Assembly: GCA_027487625.1 (NCBI GenBank)
Contig: JAIYDG010000641.1
Location: 1-56,395, forward strand
Source: Bacteroidota bacterium
Lineage (GTDB): Bacteria; Bacteroidota; Bacteroidia; UKL13-3
Reading direction: 5' to 3'
DNA: 56,395 nt
Below the pieces are notes generated by a model. That model was not told the DNA's origin. It searched no databases and was given only the letters and a program-made list of their open reading frames with translations. Position numbers and translations under genes: made by a program. Positions 39,680-50,011 of this stretch are shown one piece after another. Position 1 is the stretch's first letter, and every line of letters begins with the position of its first letter.

Positions 39680-40942
39680 TTATCTAATGATGGTCTCTTC
39701 TCTATCAGGACCCACTGATATTACATTCACAGGAACTTCTATTTGTGATTGAACATAATCCATATAGTTTCTAAATGTTTCAGGTAATTCATTATAAGTT
39801 TTGATTTTACTTAAATCACCTGTCCATCCAGGAAAACTTCTGTATAATGGTTCCAATTTAACATCCTGCATGCTGTATGGAAGTTCAGAAGTTTCAGCTC
39901 CTTCAATCTTATATCTATCACAAACCAAAACCTCTTCAAAGCCGCTCAATACATCACTTTTTGTACAAATTAAATCTGTAACCCCATTTAACATGATAGC
40001 ATATTTTAATGTAGGTAAATCCAACCAACCAGTTCTTCTCGGCCTACCAGTAGTTGCGCCAAATTCATGACCTAATTTACGTAACATTTCACCTGTTTCA
40101 TTTTCCTGTTCAGTAGGAAATGGTCCGTTTCCAACACGTGTACAATAAGCTTTGAAAATTCCGTAAACCTTTTGAATGTGTTGAGGTGAAATTCCTAATC
40201 CACTGCAAGCACCACCTGTAATTGTATTTGAAGAAGTAACAAAAGGATAAGAACCAAAATCAATATCAAGTAAAGTACCTTGAGCACCCTCAGCTAAAAT
40301 CTTTTTACCACTTTTAATTAAATCGTTTACAAAATACTCACTGTTTATGATTTTGAATTGTTTAAGAAATTCAACTGCTTCAAAAAAAGCAGGTTCATGA
40401 TCAGCAAGGTTGTATTCGAAATTTAGTGAGTTCAGTAACTCACAATGAATATTTGTTGCATTACGATATTTTGTAGCAAAACCATCTGTTAATATATCGC
40501 CAACTCTTAAACCACTTCTTCCAATTTTATCTTGATAAGTTGGAGAGATTCCTCTTAATGTAGAACCAACTTTATGTTCACCTTTTTTAGCTTCAGAAGC
40601 AGCATCAACCAAACGGTGAGTTGGAAGAATTAAATGTGCTTTTTGACTAATATAAAGGCTCTTTTTAATATCTACTCCAGTAGCTGAAGCCTTTTCAATT
40701 TCTTTCTTAAGTTGAACCGGATCAATAACAACACCATTACCAATAATATTGGTACAATGTTCATGAAAGATTCCTGAAGGAATTGTATTTAGAACATATT
40801 TATTGCCACCAAATTCAAGTGAATGTCCAGCATTTGGACCACCCTGAAAACGCGCTACTACGTCGTATTGTGGGGTTAATACATCAACAATTTTTCCTTT
40901 TCCTTCATCTCCCCATTGAAGGCCCAATACTACATCTACCAT
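39680..40942 (-). CDS. purA: Adenylosuccinate synthetase
   Basis: QWGDEGKGK, GGPNAGH, EGAQG, GATTGRPRR. Confidence 0.98.
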   Translation of the reverse strand: MVDVVLGLQWGDEGKGKIVDVLTPQYDVVARFQGGPNAGHSLEFGGNKYVLNTIPSGIFHEHCTNIIGNGVVIDPVQLKKEIEKASATGVDIKKSLYISQKAHLILPTHRLVDAASEAKKGEHKVGSTLRGISPTYQDKIGRSGLRVGDILTDGFATKYRNATNIHCELLNSLNFEYNLADHEPAFFEAVEFLKQFKIINSEYFVNDLIKSGKKILAEGAQGTLLDIDFGSYPFVTSSNTITGGACSGLGISPQHIQKVYGIFKAYCTRVGNGPFPTEQENETGEMLRKLGHEFGATTGRPRRTGWLDLPTLKYAIMLNGVTDLICTKSDVLSGFEEVLVCDRYKIEGAETSELPYSMQDVKLEPLYRSFPGWTGDLSKIKTYNELPETFRNYMDYVQSQIEVPVNVISVGPDREETIIR

Positions 40943-40951
40943 ATAAAAATT

Positions 40952-41449
40952 CTAATCTTGTTTAACTATTTTTTTGCAACTCAAACAATGTTGATTTGCA
41001 TCTACTTCAGGCTGTCCGAATAAATACAAAGAATGATTGGTAATTTTAAACTTCATGAGTTCACCCATAGTTGTTTTTATTTGTTGAATTCTAGGGTCAC
41101 AAAACTCAAGAACCTCATTACAAACATTACAAATCATATGGTCGTGTTGTCTAAATCCATAAGCTCTTTCATACCTCGAAATATTCCTTCCGAATTGGTG
41201 TTTAATTACCAAGCCACAATCAAGTAATAAATCTAAAGTATTGTATACAGTTGCTCTGCTCACACGATAGTTTCTATCTTTCATGTGTTCGAAAAGCGTT
41301 TCAACATCAAAATGTTCTTTATTCGAATATATTTCATCAAGAATTGCAAAACGTTCAGGTGTTTTTCTTTGTTGATGAAATTCTAAATATTCAATAAACT
41401 TTTGACGAACCTCTTCCTTAATTGGGTCGCTTACAGCATTATTCTCCAT
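40952..41449 (-). CDS. fur: Fur family transcriptional regulator
   Basis: RKTPERFAIL, VSRATVYNTL, HDHMICxxC; conserved position upstream of purA. Confidence 0.85.
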   Translation of the reverse strand: MENNAVSDPIKEEVRQKFIEYLEFHQQRKTPERFAILDEIYSNKEHFDVETLFEHMKDRNYRVSRATVYNTLDLLLDCGLVIKHQFGRNISRYERAYGFRQHDHMICNVCNEVLEFCDPRIQQIKTTMGELMKFKITNHSLYLFGQPEVDANQHCLSCKKIVKQD

Positions 41450-41624
41450 TTATTCACTAAGTGTGCGAAGATAAAGGAAGATAAAAGAATGAAAAAGGAA
41501 AAATCAAATTTGGGGAAAACCAATTAAACATTACTGAATAACAGCAATTTAAGTAGATTTAAAACACAAAATCATTCACAATTGAAAGAATTGACCTCTA
41601 ACAAAGTATCGAATATTTGTCGGA

Positions 41625-43841
41625 TTAATTTAAATCTACTCTACTAACACTAATTAATGGACTAGCATCCTTAATTGCATTCATTATATTTTCTAATTGC
41701 TGAGTATCATGAACTTCTAAAAACACTGAACCTTCAAAAGTTCCTTCATTAGAACTTATAGCAATAGACCTCATATTTACTTTTAATTGTTTTGAAATAA
41801 TATCTGTAATGATACTAACAATTCCCACACTATCTATACCTGAAACTTTTATAGAAGTTAAAAATGCTTTACCTTGATTTAGGCCTTCTTGTGCCCATTT
41901 CGCACGAATAATTCTGTAACCATAATTACTCATCAGACTTACGGCATTAGAGCAATTTGTTCTGTGAATTTTAACCCCCTCGCCTACTGTAATAAAACCA
42001 AAAATTTCATCTCCAGGAATAGGATGACAACATTTAGAAAATGTGTATTCCATATCTGCTTCGTTATCTCCTAAAATAATAGCATCGGTAGCCACATTTT
42101 GTGTTGGAGTTTTTGGCTTGGTTGAAACTTGAATTTCTTGAGCAGGTTTATTTCTTTCTGCTTGTAAGATGGCAGAAATATCAAGTTTGGTTCTATCAAT
42201 TTTCTCTGTTGCAATTAAATAATACAACTCCGAAACTGATTTCAACTTTAGGTTTTTACATAAATCTGATAATGCCTCTGAGGTAAATGGAACATGGGAA
42301 TTTTTGAATTTTCTTTCCAGAATTTCTTTTCCCATTGAGGAGGCTTTTAATCTTATTTGTTTAAAATAATCGCGGATTTTTGCTTTTCCCTTAGCAGTTA
42401 TAACAAAGTTTAACCATTCCTCACTTGGTTTTTGTTTGGCACTGGTTAAAATTTCAACCTGATCGCCATTACTTAATTTATGATTGATTGGAACCAGTTT
42501 ATTATTAAGTTTTGCTCCAATACATTTAACACCAAGGTCGGAATGAATATCAAAAGCAAAATCTAAAATTGAAGAACCGGCAGGTAATTTTCTTAAATCG
42601 CCTTTTGGAGTAAAAACAAAAATTTCATCAGAATATAGAGCAAGTTTGAAATCATCTAAAAACTCAAGCGCATTTGAATCAGGATTTTCCAAAATTTCTC
42701 TAACTCTTGAAAGCCAACTTTCAAGACCATTGTCAGCATTTTGGTTTGAATCCTTGTACTTCCAGTGTGCAGCAAAACCTTTTTCCGCAATTTCATCCAT
42801 CCTTTTGCTTCTTACCTGCACTTCAACCCATCTTCCTTTTGGACCCATTACAGTTGTATGCAAACTTTCATATCCATTTGCTTTTGGAGTACTTACCCAA
42901 TCCCGCAATCTGTCTGGATTTGGCGTATAGTGGTCGGTAACCATTGAATATACTCGCCAGCAATCACTTTTTTCATTTTCATATTCTGTATCTACAATAA
43001 TTCGAATAGCAAATAAATCATATACCTCCTCGAAAGGTATATTTTGCTTTTTCATTTTATTTAAAATAGAATGAATACTTTTAGGACGACCTTTAACCTC
43101 ATAAACCAAACCAGCTTGATTAAGGTCTTCAACTATTGGTTCAATAAAGGTTTTGATGTATTTATTTCTTTGAACCTTTGTTTCATTTAATTTGTTCTTT
43201 ACATATATATAATTGTCAGCCTCTAAGTATTTGGTAGAAAGGTCTTCTAATTCCGTTTTTATTGCATATAAACCTAATCTATGAGCTAAAGGGGCATATA
43301 CATAAGCAGTTTCAGAGGCAATTTTAAGCTGAGATTTAGAACTCATACTATCAAGAGTTCTCATATTATGTAACCTGTCAGCAAGTTTTATTAGAATCAC
43401 TCTTACATCATCTCCAAGAGTAAGAAGCATTTTTTTGAAATTCTCGGCTTGTATACTTCTATCAGGTTGATCAAAAACACCTGAAATTTTAGTCAGGCCA
43501 TCAATGATTCTCATTACCTTTTCACCAAACTTTAACTTAATAAGGTCTAAAGTAATTTCGGTATCTTCAACGGTATCATGTAAAAGGGCACTAACTACAG
43601 AAGTTACACCTAAACCAATTTCTTCAGCACAAATTTGAGCTACAGCAAGAGGATGAAGAATATAAGGTTCACCGCTTTTCCTCCTCATATTTTTATGAGC
43701 TTCTAAAGATAAATTAAAAGCTTCCCTGATAATTTTCCGGTCGGCAGCATTTAAACTTCTCTTTATGCTTCTAAGTAAAGTTCTGTATTGTTTTACAATC
43801 AGCTGATTTTCTTTTTCTAATGACTCTTGCTGCAATTCCAT
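41625..43841 (-). CDS. relA: Bifunctional (p)ppGpp synthetase/hydrolase (RelA/SpoT)
   Basis: RKSGEPYILHP, LLHDTVED (intact HD), KLADRLHNMRT, NGYESLHTT, TGS and ACT domains. Confidence 0.93.
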   Translation of the reverse strand: MELQQESLEKENQLIVKQYRTLLRSIKRSLNAADRKIIREAFNLSLEAHKNMRRKSGEPYILHPLAVAQICAEEIGLGVTSVVSALLHDTVEDTEITLDLIKLKFGEKVMRIIDGLTKISGVFDQPDRSIQAENFKKMLLTLGDDVRVILIKLADRLHNMRTLDSMSSKSQLKIASETAYVYAPLAHRLGLYAIKTELEDLSTKYLEADNYIYVKNKLNETKVQRNKYIKTFIEPIVEDLNQAGLVYEVKGRPKSIHSILNKMKKQNIPFEEVYDLFAIRIIVDTEYENEKSDCWRVYSMVTDHYTPNPDRLRDWVSTPKANGYESLHTTVMGPKGRWVEVQVRSKRMDEIAEKGFAAHWKYKDSNQNADNGLESWLSRVREILENPDSNALEFLDDFKLALYSDEIFVFTPKGDLRKLPAGSSILDFAFDIHSDLGVKCIGAKLNNKLVPINHKLSNGDQVEILTSAKQKPSEEWLNFVITAKGKAKIRDYFKQIRLKASSMGKEILERKFKNSHVPFTSEALSDLCKNLKLKSVSELYYLIATEKIDRTKLDISAILQAERNKPAQEIQVSTKPKTPTQNVATDAIILGDNEADMEYTFSKCCHPIPGDEIFGFITVGEGVKIHRTNCSNAVSLMSNYGYRIIRAKWAQEGLNQGKAFLTSIKVSGIDSVGIVSIITDIISKQLKVNMRSIAISSNEGTFEGSVFLEVHDTQQLENIMNAIKDASPLISVSRVDLN

Positions 43842-43977
43842 TCGGTAATCCTATTCTTTTGCTGTGAAACTAAACAAAAAGTTTTAGAAATGAAGAAAAA
43901 TTAGCTTTGAAATTTCTAATAAAATAAGGGCTTGAGCAATAAATTACTAAAAAATACTTGATGAAAATGAATAAGTC

Positions 43978-44008
43978 TTTGGAAATCTTAATTAGAATTA
44001 TACATTTG
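43978..44008 (+). promoter_or_regulatory. Canonical Bacteroidota -33/-7 promoter for tRNA-Leu/tig
   Basis: TTTG (43978-43981), 19-nt spacer, TACATTTG (44001-44008). Confidence 0.75.
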
Positions 44009-44053
44009 CAGTCCTTTAATTTTGAAGGAAAAATACTGTTCTTAATTAACTAT

Positions 44054-44135
44054 GCGGATGTGGCGTAATTGGTAGCCGTGCCAGACTTAGGATCTGGTGC
44101 CGAAAGGCGTGGGGGTTCGAGTCCCTCCATCCGCA
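44054..44135 (+). tRNA. tRNA-Leu (anticodon TAG)
   Basis: Acceptor stem GCGGATG/CATCCGC, anticodon arm CCAGA-CTTAGGA-TCTGG, long variable arm GCCGAAAGGC, T-loop GTTCGAGTC; CCA not encoded. Confidence 0.97.
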
Positions 44136-44150
44136 CGATTTTCAATCAAC

Positions 44151-45533
44151 ATGAACGTTACATTTGATAAAAAAGATGAGCTAAATGCTAGCATTTCAGT
44201 TTCCATCGAACCAAACGATTTCACAGCATCTTACGAAAAAAAGCTTAAGGATTATGGCAAAAAGGCCAATATTCCTGGTTTTCGCGCAGGACAAGCACCC
44301 AAAGGAGTAATCGAAAAAATGGTAGGGCAAAGCATTTTACTTGAAGAAGTAAATGGTTTAGCTAGTAAAGGTCTATTCGATTATATCGAAGAAAACAAAT
44401 TACATGTATTAGGTCAACCAGTAATGTCGGAAGACACTAAAATTGATGAATTAAGCAAAACTGCTTCTTATACATTTTCATTTGATATCGGTTTGGCTCC
44501 TGAATTTGAATTGAATATTTCATCAGCTGATTCATACCCTTTTTATACAGTTAATGTAACTGAAGAAATGGTTAATGACGAATTAAATCGTTTACGTAAA
44601 CAAATGGGTGTTTTAACCGATGTAGAAGAAGTTGGTGAAAATGACATGATTTATGCTCAGTTAAATGAACTATTAGATTCTGGTGAAGTTTTAGAGGGTG
44701 GTGTAAATGCTCCTTCTGTTCCTTTAGCAATTAATACCATTAAAGACGAGGCTTTAAATGCTCAAATTCGTGGATTGAGAAAAGGTGAAACTGTAAAAGT
44801 TAATATCTTTACATTATTCAACCATGATGAAATGGAAATGAGTCATGCCTTAGGAGTTCAAAAACAAGGTGTGCCTGATTTAGGAAAAGAATTCAATCTA
44901 ACTTTAAATGAAATCAAAAGAACAACAGAATCAGAAATGAATCAGGAATTCTTTGATAAAATTTATGGTAAAGATCAAATAACTACTGAAGAAGAACTTA
45001 GAACTAAACTAAGTGCTGAAATCAAAGGATATTTCGACCAACAAGCCAATCATTTATTAGAGCACGAATTATTTGATAGTTTAGTAGCTAAACACAATAT
45101 TAGTTTACCTGATGCAACTTTAAAACGTTGGTTATTAGATAGACATGCTGATAAATTCAATGCAGATAATATTGAAGAAGGTTACATTCCTGAAGCAAAT
45201 TATTTGAGAAATCATTTATTGGAAGAAAAAATTCTTGTAAGCAATGATTTAAAAATAGACGAAGAAGAAATTCGTAATGCAGCTAAAGCTTATACCATGC
45301 AAATGTTTGGTGGTTATAATATGGGTAACTTAAGTGATGATATTTTAAATAGCATCATTGAACCTCAAATGCAAAAAGAAGAATTTAGAAGCAGAATGAT
45401 TAATGTAGCAGCAAGAAATAAAGTAAATGATTACTTGTTGAATACAATTACAAAAGATATCAAAGAAGTTAGTGTTGAGGAGTTCAATGCAATTATTGCA
45501 GAACACAACGGTAAACACCACCACAATCACTAA
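44151..45533 (+). CDS. tig: Trigger factor
   Basis: Start ATG 44151 after the tRNA; IPGFRAGQAP ribosome-binding motif; upstream of clpP. Confidence 0.95.
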   Translation: MNVTFDKKDELNASISVSIEPNDFTASYEKKLKDYGKKANIPGFRAGQAPKGVIEKMVGQSILLEEVNGLASKGLFDYIEENKLHVLGQPVMSEDTKIDELSKTASYTFSFDIGLAPEFELNISSADSYPFYTVNVTEEMVNDELNRLRKQMGVLTDVEEVGENDMIYAQLNELLDSGEVLEGGVNAPSVPLAINTIKDEALNAQIRGLRKGETVKVNIFTLFNHDEMEMSHALGVQKQGVPDLGKEFNLTLNEIKRTTESEMNQEFFDKIYGKDQITTEEELRTKLSAEIKGYFDQQANHLLEHELFDSLVAKHNISLPDATLKRWLLDRHADKFNADNIEEGYIPEANYLRNHLLEEKILVSNDLKIDEEEIRNAAKAYTMQMFGGYNMGNLSDDILNSIIEPQMQKEEFRSRMINVAARNKVNDYLLNTITKDIKEVSVEEFNAIIAEHNGKHHHNH

Positions 45534-45548
45534 GATAATTTTATAAGT

Positions 45549-45585
45549 AAAAGGCCCTGAATTGGAAAGTTCAGGGCCTTTTTTT
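45549..45585 (+). terminator. Intrinsic terminator after tig
   Basis: AAAAGGCCCTGAA-TTGGAAAG-TTCAGGGCCT7. Confidence 0.85.
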
Positions 45586-45816
45586 ATTCTTTATTTATGG
45601 TTTGAATAAATCTACATTACTAAGAGTATTCCAAATTGAAGTTGGAACTTTTTAAAGCAGCAATAGACAAAAGGAATTGACATTTTAACTAGTGAAGCTT
45701 ACTTAATTAAGAGAAACTGAATTTAGGTCAAAATTTCAAAGGTATTTTACTATAAAAAAAGTTAATTCATATTTAAAGTTAAAACAATAGAAAAAAAATT
45801 GGGTTACAAAATATCA

Positions 45817-45854
45817 GGCATTTTGTCAGCACACAAATTTGGCACGGCTATTGA
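45817..45854 (+). promoter_or_regulatory. Putative sigma-54-type (-24/-12) promoter with upstream GGCA-N3-TGTCA motif, for clpP
   Basis: TGGCACG-GCTA-TTGA at 45840-45854 versus the consensus TGGCACG-N4-TTGC; GGCATTTTGTCA at 45817-45828. Confidence 0.6.
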
Positions 45855-45919
45855 AAAATAAATGGAAGTTCGAGGAATTTTAAAAACCTCTTCTATATTT
45901 GACCAAAGGAAAAACGATT

Positions 45920-46606
45920 ATGAATATTGGAAAAGAATTCCGCAATTACGCGGTAAAACACAAAGGCTTTAGCAGCCTTAAAGTAGATGCTTATATAGAA
46001 AGCTCTATGGAAAATATGACCAGAACTGTAATTGAAGAACGCCCGATGAACTTTAGAGAAATCGACGTATTTTCAAGGTTAATGGCCGACAGAATTATAT
46101 TCATGGGAATGCCTATTGATGATTATGTTGCAAATATTATTCAAGCACAATTGTTATTCTTAGACTCAATGGATGCAAGAAGAGATATTCAAATGTATAT
46201 CAATAGTCCGGGTGGTTCTGTATATGCAGGATTAGGCATCTACGACACTATGCAATGGGTTAATCCAAGCGTAGCAACTATTTGTACAGGTTTAGCAGCA
46301 TCTATGGCAGCAGTATTGTTGTGTGCTGGTGAAAAAGGAAAACGTTCAGCTTTACCTCATGCAAGAGTTATGATTCACCAACCATTAGGTGGAGCTCAAG
46401 GACAGGCATCTGATATTGAAATCACAGCACGTGAAATCCAAAAATTAAAGAAAGAATTGTATGATATTATTTCAAGCCATAGTGGTCAACCATTTGATAA
46501 AGTACAAGCAGATTCTGACAGAGATTACTGGATGATAGCAGCGGAAGCAAAAGAATATGGAATGATTGATGATGTTTTACTAAAGCATAAGCCTGAAGTA
46601 AAATAA
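45920..46606 (+). CDS. clpP: ATP-dependent Clp protease proteolytic subunit
   Basis: Start ATG 45920; DVFSRL, YINSPGG, GLAASM, MIHQP. Confidence 0.98.
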   Translation: MNIGKEFRNYAVKHKGFSSLKVDAYIESSMENMTRTVIEERPMNFREIDVFSRLMADRIIFMGMPIDDYVANIIQAQLLFLDSMDARRDIQMYINSPGGSVYAGLGIYDTMQWVNPSVATICTGLAASMAAVLLCAGEKGKRSALPHARVMIHQPLGGAQGQASDIEITAREIQKLKKELYDIISSHSGQPFDKVQADSDRDYWMIAAEAKEYGMIDDVLLKHKPEVK

Positions 46607-46686
46607 GCTTAAATATTTAAAATCACACCGTGTGTATAATATTAGCATCAACTTAAAGGTATAAAAAGCAATTCATCACATAAAAT

Positions 46687-46730
46687 AAGGCAGAAAACCG
46701 AGGTAAAATTCAGTTTTCTGCTTTTTTTTT
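46687..46730 (+). terminator. Intrinsic terminator after clpP
   Basis: GCAGAAAAC...GTTTTCTGC followed by T9. Confidence 0.7.
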
Positions 46731-47019
46731 GATAGCATAAAATTAACAATTGCGACATTTAAAAGCCTTTTAATAAGCTGAAAACCTACTAATTATAAGA
46801 AATTCTTCAAACGTATAATAAAGAGTACAATTCACACATATCAACAATGAATTGTTAGTATTACAAAAAATCTATATGAAAGGCTGAAATTTTGCCACAG
46901 AATGTAAATATCAATGATTAAAGGTTTAAAGGGCATTTAATTTGAGCAATGCCAAAATATTGCTATCTAATTGTAATAGAGCTTCAAATAACTTCGCAAG
47001 TGAACCTTTAATTAAGATT

Positions 47020-47502
47020 ATGGATAGAAATTTTTACAACATCACCAAAATTTGCCTTGCACTATTTATACTAATGGGCAATTCATGTAAAAAGTCGCTT
47101 GATGACACATCTTCTAACACAAGCCAAACTAAGTGTATCCCCAATAATCTGCCCGATCAATTCAAAGCAGTTTTTGTTTCAGAACAAATTCCAAATCAAG
47201 TTGAGCCTTCACCTATTGCAATTTTCCAGTTTTCACAAGGAATGAAAACATATTCAAATACGAATTGCAAAAATCTTCCAAATACTTGCTCAACAAGTTT
47301 AAAAATTCAAAACATCAGTGGAAGAAGAATGAAAATTGCCTATACAATTGAATATTTACAAGGAAATAACTTCTGGACATCGGATGGTTATGCTGATATT
47401 TTAAAAGACAGTAGTTTTAATACCGGCATTGTTTCTACTAATTGCGGCTGGATAACTACAGATGGATTAAAAGTAATTAAAAAGAGTGCAATTTTTGAAT
47501 AA
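47020..47502 (+). CDS. Hypothetical lipoprotein between clpP and clpX
   Basis: Start ATG 47020; lipobox-like GNSC-KK; no family recognised. Confidence 0.7.
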   Translation: MDRNFYNITKICLALFILMGNSCKKSLDDTSSNTSQTKCIPNNLPDQFKAVFVSEQIPNQVEPSPIAIFQFSQGMKTYSNTNCKNLPNTCSTSLKIQNISGRRMKIAYTIEYLQGNNFWTSDGYADILKDSSFNTGIVSTNCGWITTDGLKVIKKSAIFE

Positions 47503-47550
47503 ATTCTAGCCATTTAAAAGCCAAAAAATGATTGTATCTTCGCAGTCTAT

Positions 47551-48795
47551 ATGGCGAAAAAGAAAGAAGATAACTGTTCATTTTGTGGCAGACCAAGAAC
47601 TGAAGTTGAATACCTTATTGCAGGTTTAGATGCACTAATCTGCGAAAATTGTATTTCTCAAGCTCATAAAATAATTAACGAAGACCAGGAAAGTTTCTCA
47701 AAAAATGACAGTAAAAAGTCAAGTGGATTTAATCTACTTAAACCTACTGAAATAAAGGCCCACCTCGATCAATATGTTATTGGTCAGGATGAAGCTAAAA
47801 AAGTGCTTTGTGTTGCTGTTTACAACCACTTCAAAAGAATAAATGCGAAAAACAAAAGCAATGAAGTTGAAATTGAAAAATCAAATATTCTTTTAGTTGG
47901 AGAAACCGGAACCGGAAAAACATTATTGGCAAAAACATTAGCAAGAATTTTAGACGTTCCATTTTGTATAGCAGATGCAACTGTTTTAACAGAAGCCGGA
48001 TATGTTGGTGAAGATGTTGAAACAGTTCTTACTCGTCTACTGCAAGCTGCCAACTATGATTTGGAATCTGCTGAAAGAGGCATAATTTATATTGATGAAA
48101 TTGATAAAATTTCGAGGAAAAGTGATAATCCAAGCATCACCAGAGATGTTAGTGGAGAAGGCGTTCAACAGGCATTATTAAAAATTCTTGAAGGAACAGT
48201 TGCCAATGTACCTCCTCAAGGTGGAAGAAAACATCCTGAACAAAAAATGATTCAGGTGAATACACAAAACATTCTTTTCATATGTGGTGGAGCTTTTGAT
48301 GGTATTGATAAAATGATTGCCCGTAGATTACAAACTCAGGCAATTGGTTTTAAAGCCAATGAAATTGAAGAGTTAAAAGAAGGCAATAATATATTGGAAT
48401 ATGTATCACAAGCTGATATCAGAACCTTTGGATTAATCCCTGAGATTATTGGACGTTTGCCTGTATTGTGCCATTTAAATCCTCTAGATAAAGCAGCTTT
48501 AAAAAGCATTTTGCATGAACCTAAAAATGCACTTATCAAACAATATCAATACCTATTTGCACTTGAAGGAATTGAATTGGAAATTAAAGATGAAGTAATT
48601 GATGTAATAGTAGATACTGCTTTCGACTTAAAGTTAGGTGCTAGAGGTCTTAGAAGCATCTGTGAAGCATTAATGATGGATTATATGTATGATGCTCCGG
48701 AAAGAAAATCTGGTGATAACATACTTATAATAGATGCCAAAGGAGCAGAAGAAAAAATGAAAGTAATTCGATTTAAAAATCATACTGCAGCTTAA
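47551..48795 (+). CDS. clpX: ATP-dependent Clp protease ATP-binding subunit ClpX
   Basis: CSFC...CENC zinc finger, [16 protein letters not shown] loop, GARGLR. Confidence 0.98.
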   Translation: MAKKKEDNCSFCGRPRTEVEYLIAGLDALICENCISQAHKIINEDQESFSKNDSKKSSGFNLLKPTEIKAHLDQYVIGQDEAKKVLCVAVYNHFKRINAKNKSNEVEIEKSNILLVGETGTGKTLLAKTLARILDVPFCIADATVLTEAGYVGEDVETVLTRLLQAANYDLESAERGIIYIDEIDKISRKSDNPSITRDVSGEGVQQALLKILEGTVANVPPQGGRKHPEQKMIQVNTQNILFICGGAFDGIDKMIARRLQTQAIGFKANEIEELKEGNNILEYVSQADIRTFGLIPEIIGRLPVLCHLNPLDKAALKSILHEPKNALIKQYQYLFALEGIELEIKDEVIDVIVDTAFDLKLGARGLRSICEALMMDYMYDAPERKSGDNILIIDAKGAEEKMKVIRFKNHTAA

Positions 48796-48796
48796 T

Positions 48797-48831
48797 AAAA
48801 AATCCTACTCCTTAAAAGTAGGATTTTTTTT
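48797..48831. terminator. Bidirectional terminator
   Basis: A6TCCTACT-CCTTAAA-AGTAGGAT8 between convergent genes. Confidence 0.8.
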
Positions 48832-49879
48832 ATTGGTGATTTTCACGAATTGCATTTGAATGTTTGAGCAAATGCATAAACGAAGCTCTTAATAATTCAC
48901 CCATGTTTTTAGCTTTTGGAAAACGCTGACTACTGTAATAAACAGATAGCTCCTGCTTTAATCTATCTACATGATCTTTGGGAGCTAATTCCTCCTTACA
49001 CATCGCATCCAATAAGCGAACCAATGGCCATTTTGCTGCTTTCATTCTACTTACCATCATTGCCCTTTCTTCTCTTTGATATTGCTTCATCGACTCCACT
49101 GAAATATGCTTCATTCCCAATTCTACATAAGGAAGATTCTGTTTGTAAAACTGTGGCAAATAAACATTCTTTTTACCTTCATAACATTGTTGATCGAAGT
49201 CGATAGCCCTTATTCTGTAATGCACTTCTTCAAAATCTGGAGTAAGTTGAATTACAAAATTACTTGAATGCATATCACCTAATAATTTAATAAAACATCG
49301 TTCATTAAATTTCACAAATTCTTTGGCCAAACGTATCGGATTAAAATCGGGATGATCAACATATAATTTCAGAAAAACATCACCTGGAACACCTGCAATA
49401 TGTTCTTCAATCAAAGTATCACGGTATACTAAATATGATATACGATTTGGAGATAAAAGATGCTCAAGTTCAAGTCCATAAATCCTAGATGCATCTGCCT
49501 TCTTCACATAAAAATAATCAAAATTGTCATTCATTTTATTAACAACTCTAATTCTAAAAGGAGAAGTATTTCCGTATAAACAATTATCTATTCTTTCTAC
49601 AAAAAGGTGATCCATTACTTCCATATCACCACCAGCTTTCATTAATGAATATATCTGTAGTAAATTCCTTTGTATTTCATTAAAAATATCAGGCTTGTAA
49701 ATGCAGGTTTCCCAAAAAGTATCCTTACCTTTTTTATCATAAAGGGTAATTGTTACATCAAAATCCAATAAATCTTTATATTGAAGTTTGATCTTACTTT
49801 CTCTATGATGATGGCGTAAATACTTTCTTAAATGTTCGCCAACTGGCACAGGGATTTTCTTTTTTGAGATTTCAGGCAT
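48830..49879 (-). CDS. Hypothetical protein with PI3K/HipA-like kinase motifs
   Basis: Start ATG 49879; FYVKK, LIEEHI, LLGDMHSSNF, AIDFD. Confidence 0.65.
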   Translation of the reverse strand: MPEISKKKIPVPVGEHLRKYLRHHHRESKIKLQYKDLLDFDVTITLYDKKGKDTFWETCIYKPDIFNEIQRNLLQIYSLMKAGGDMEVMDHLFVERIDNCLYGNTSPFRIRVVNKMNDNFDYFYVKKADASRIYGLELEHLLSPNRISYLVYRDTLIEEHIAGVPGDVFLKLYVDHPDFNPIRLAKEFVKFNERCFIKLLGDMHSSNFVIQLTPDFEEVHYRIRAIDFDQQCYEGKKNVYLPQFYKQNLPYVELGMKHISVESMKQYQREERAMMVSRMKAAKWPLVRLLDAMCKEELAPKDHVDRLKQELSVYYSSQRFPKAKNMGELLRASFMHLLKHSNAIRENHQ

Positions 49880-50011
49880 GCTGCAAATTAGGAATAAAGT
49901 CATTAAAAAAGTCTGACTAAAAATTTAAACAAATGAAATATTCATACCTAAAATAATGTAAGCTAATCCAAAATTTAGGAACATAAAAAATAAAAACATA
50001 TTTTGGCATGA

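Noticed and set aside
44097-44150. N-terminal extension of trigger factor from GTG 44097
   Set aside because: It overlaps tRNA-Leu; the real start is ATG 44151.
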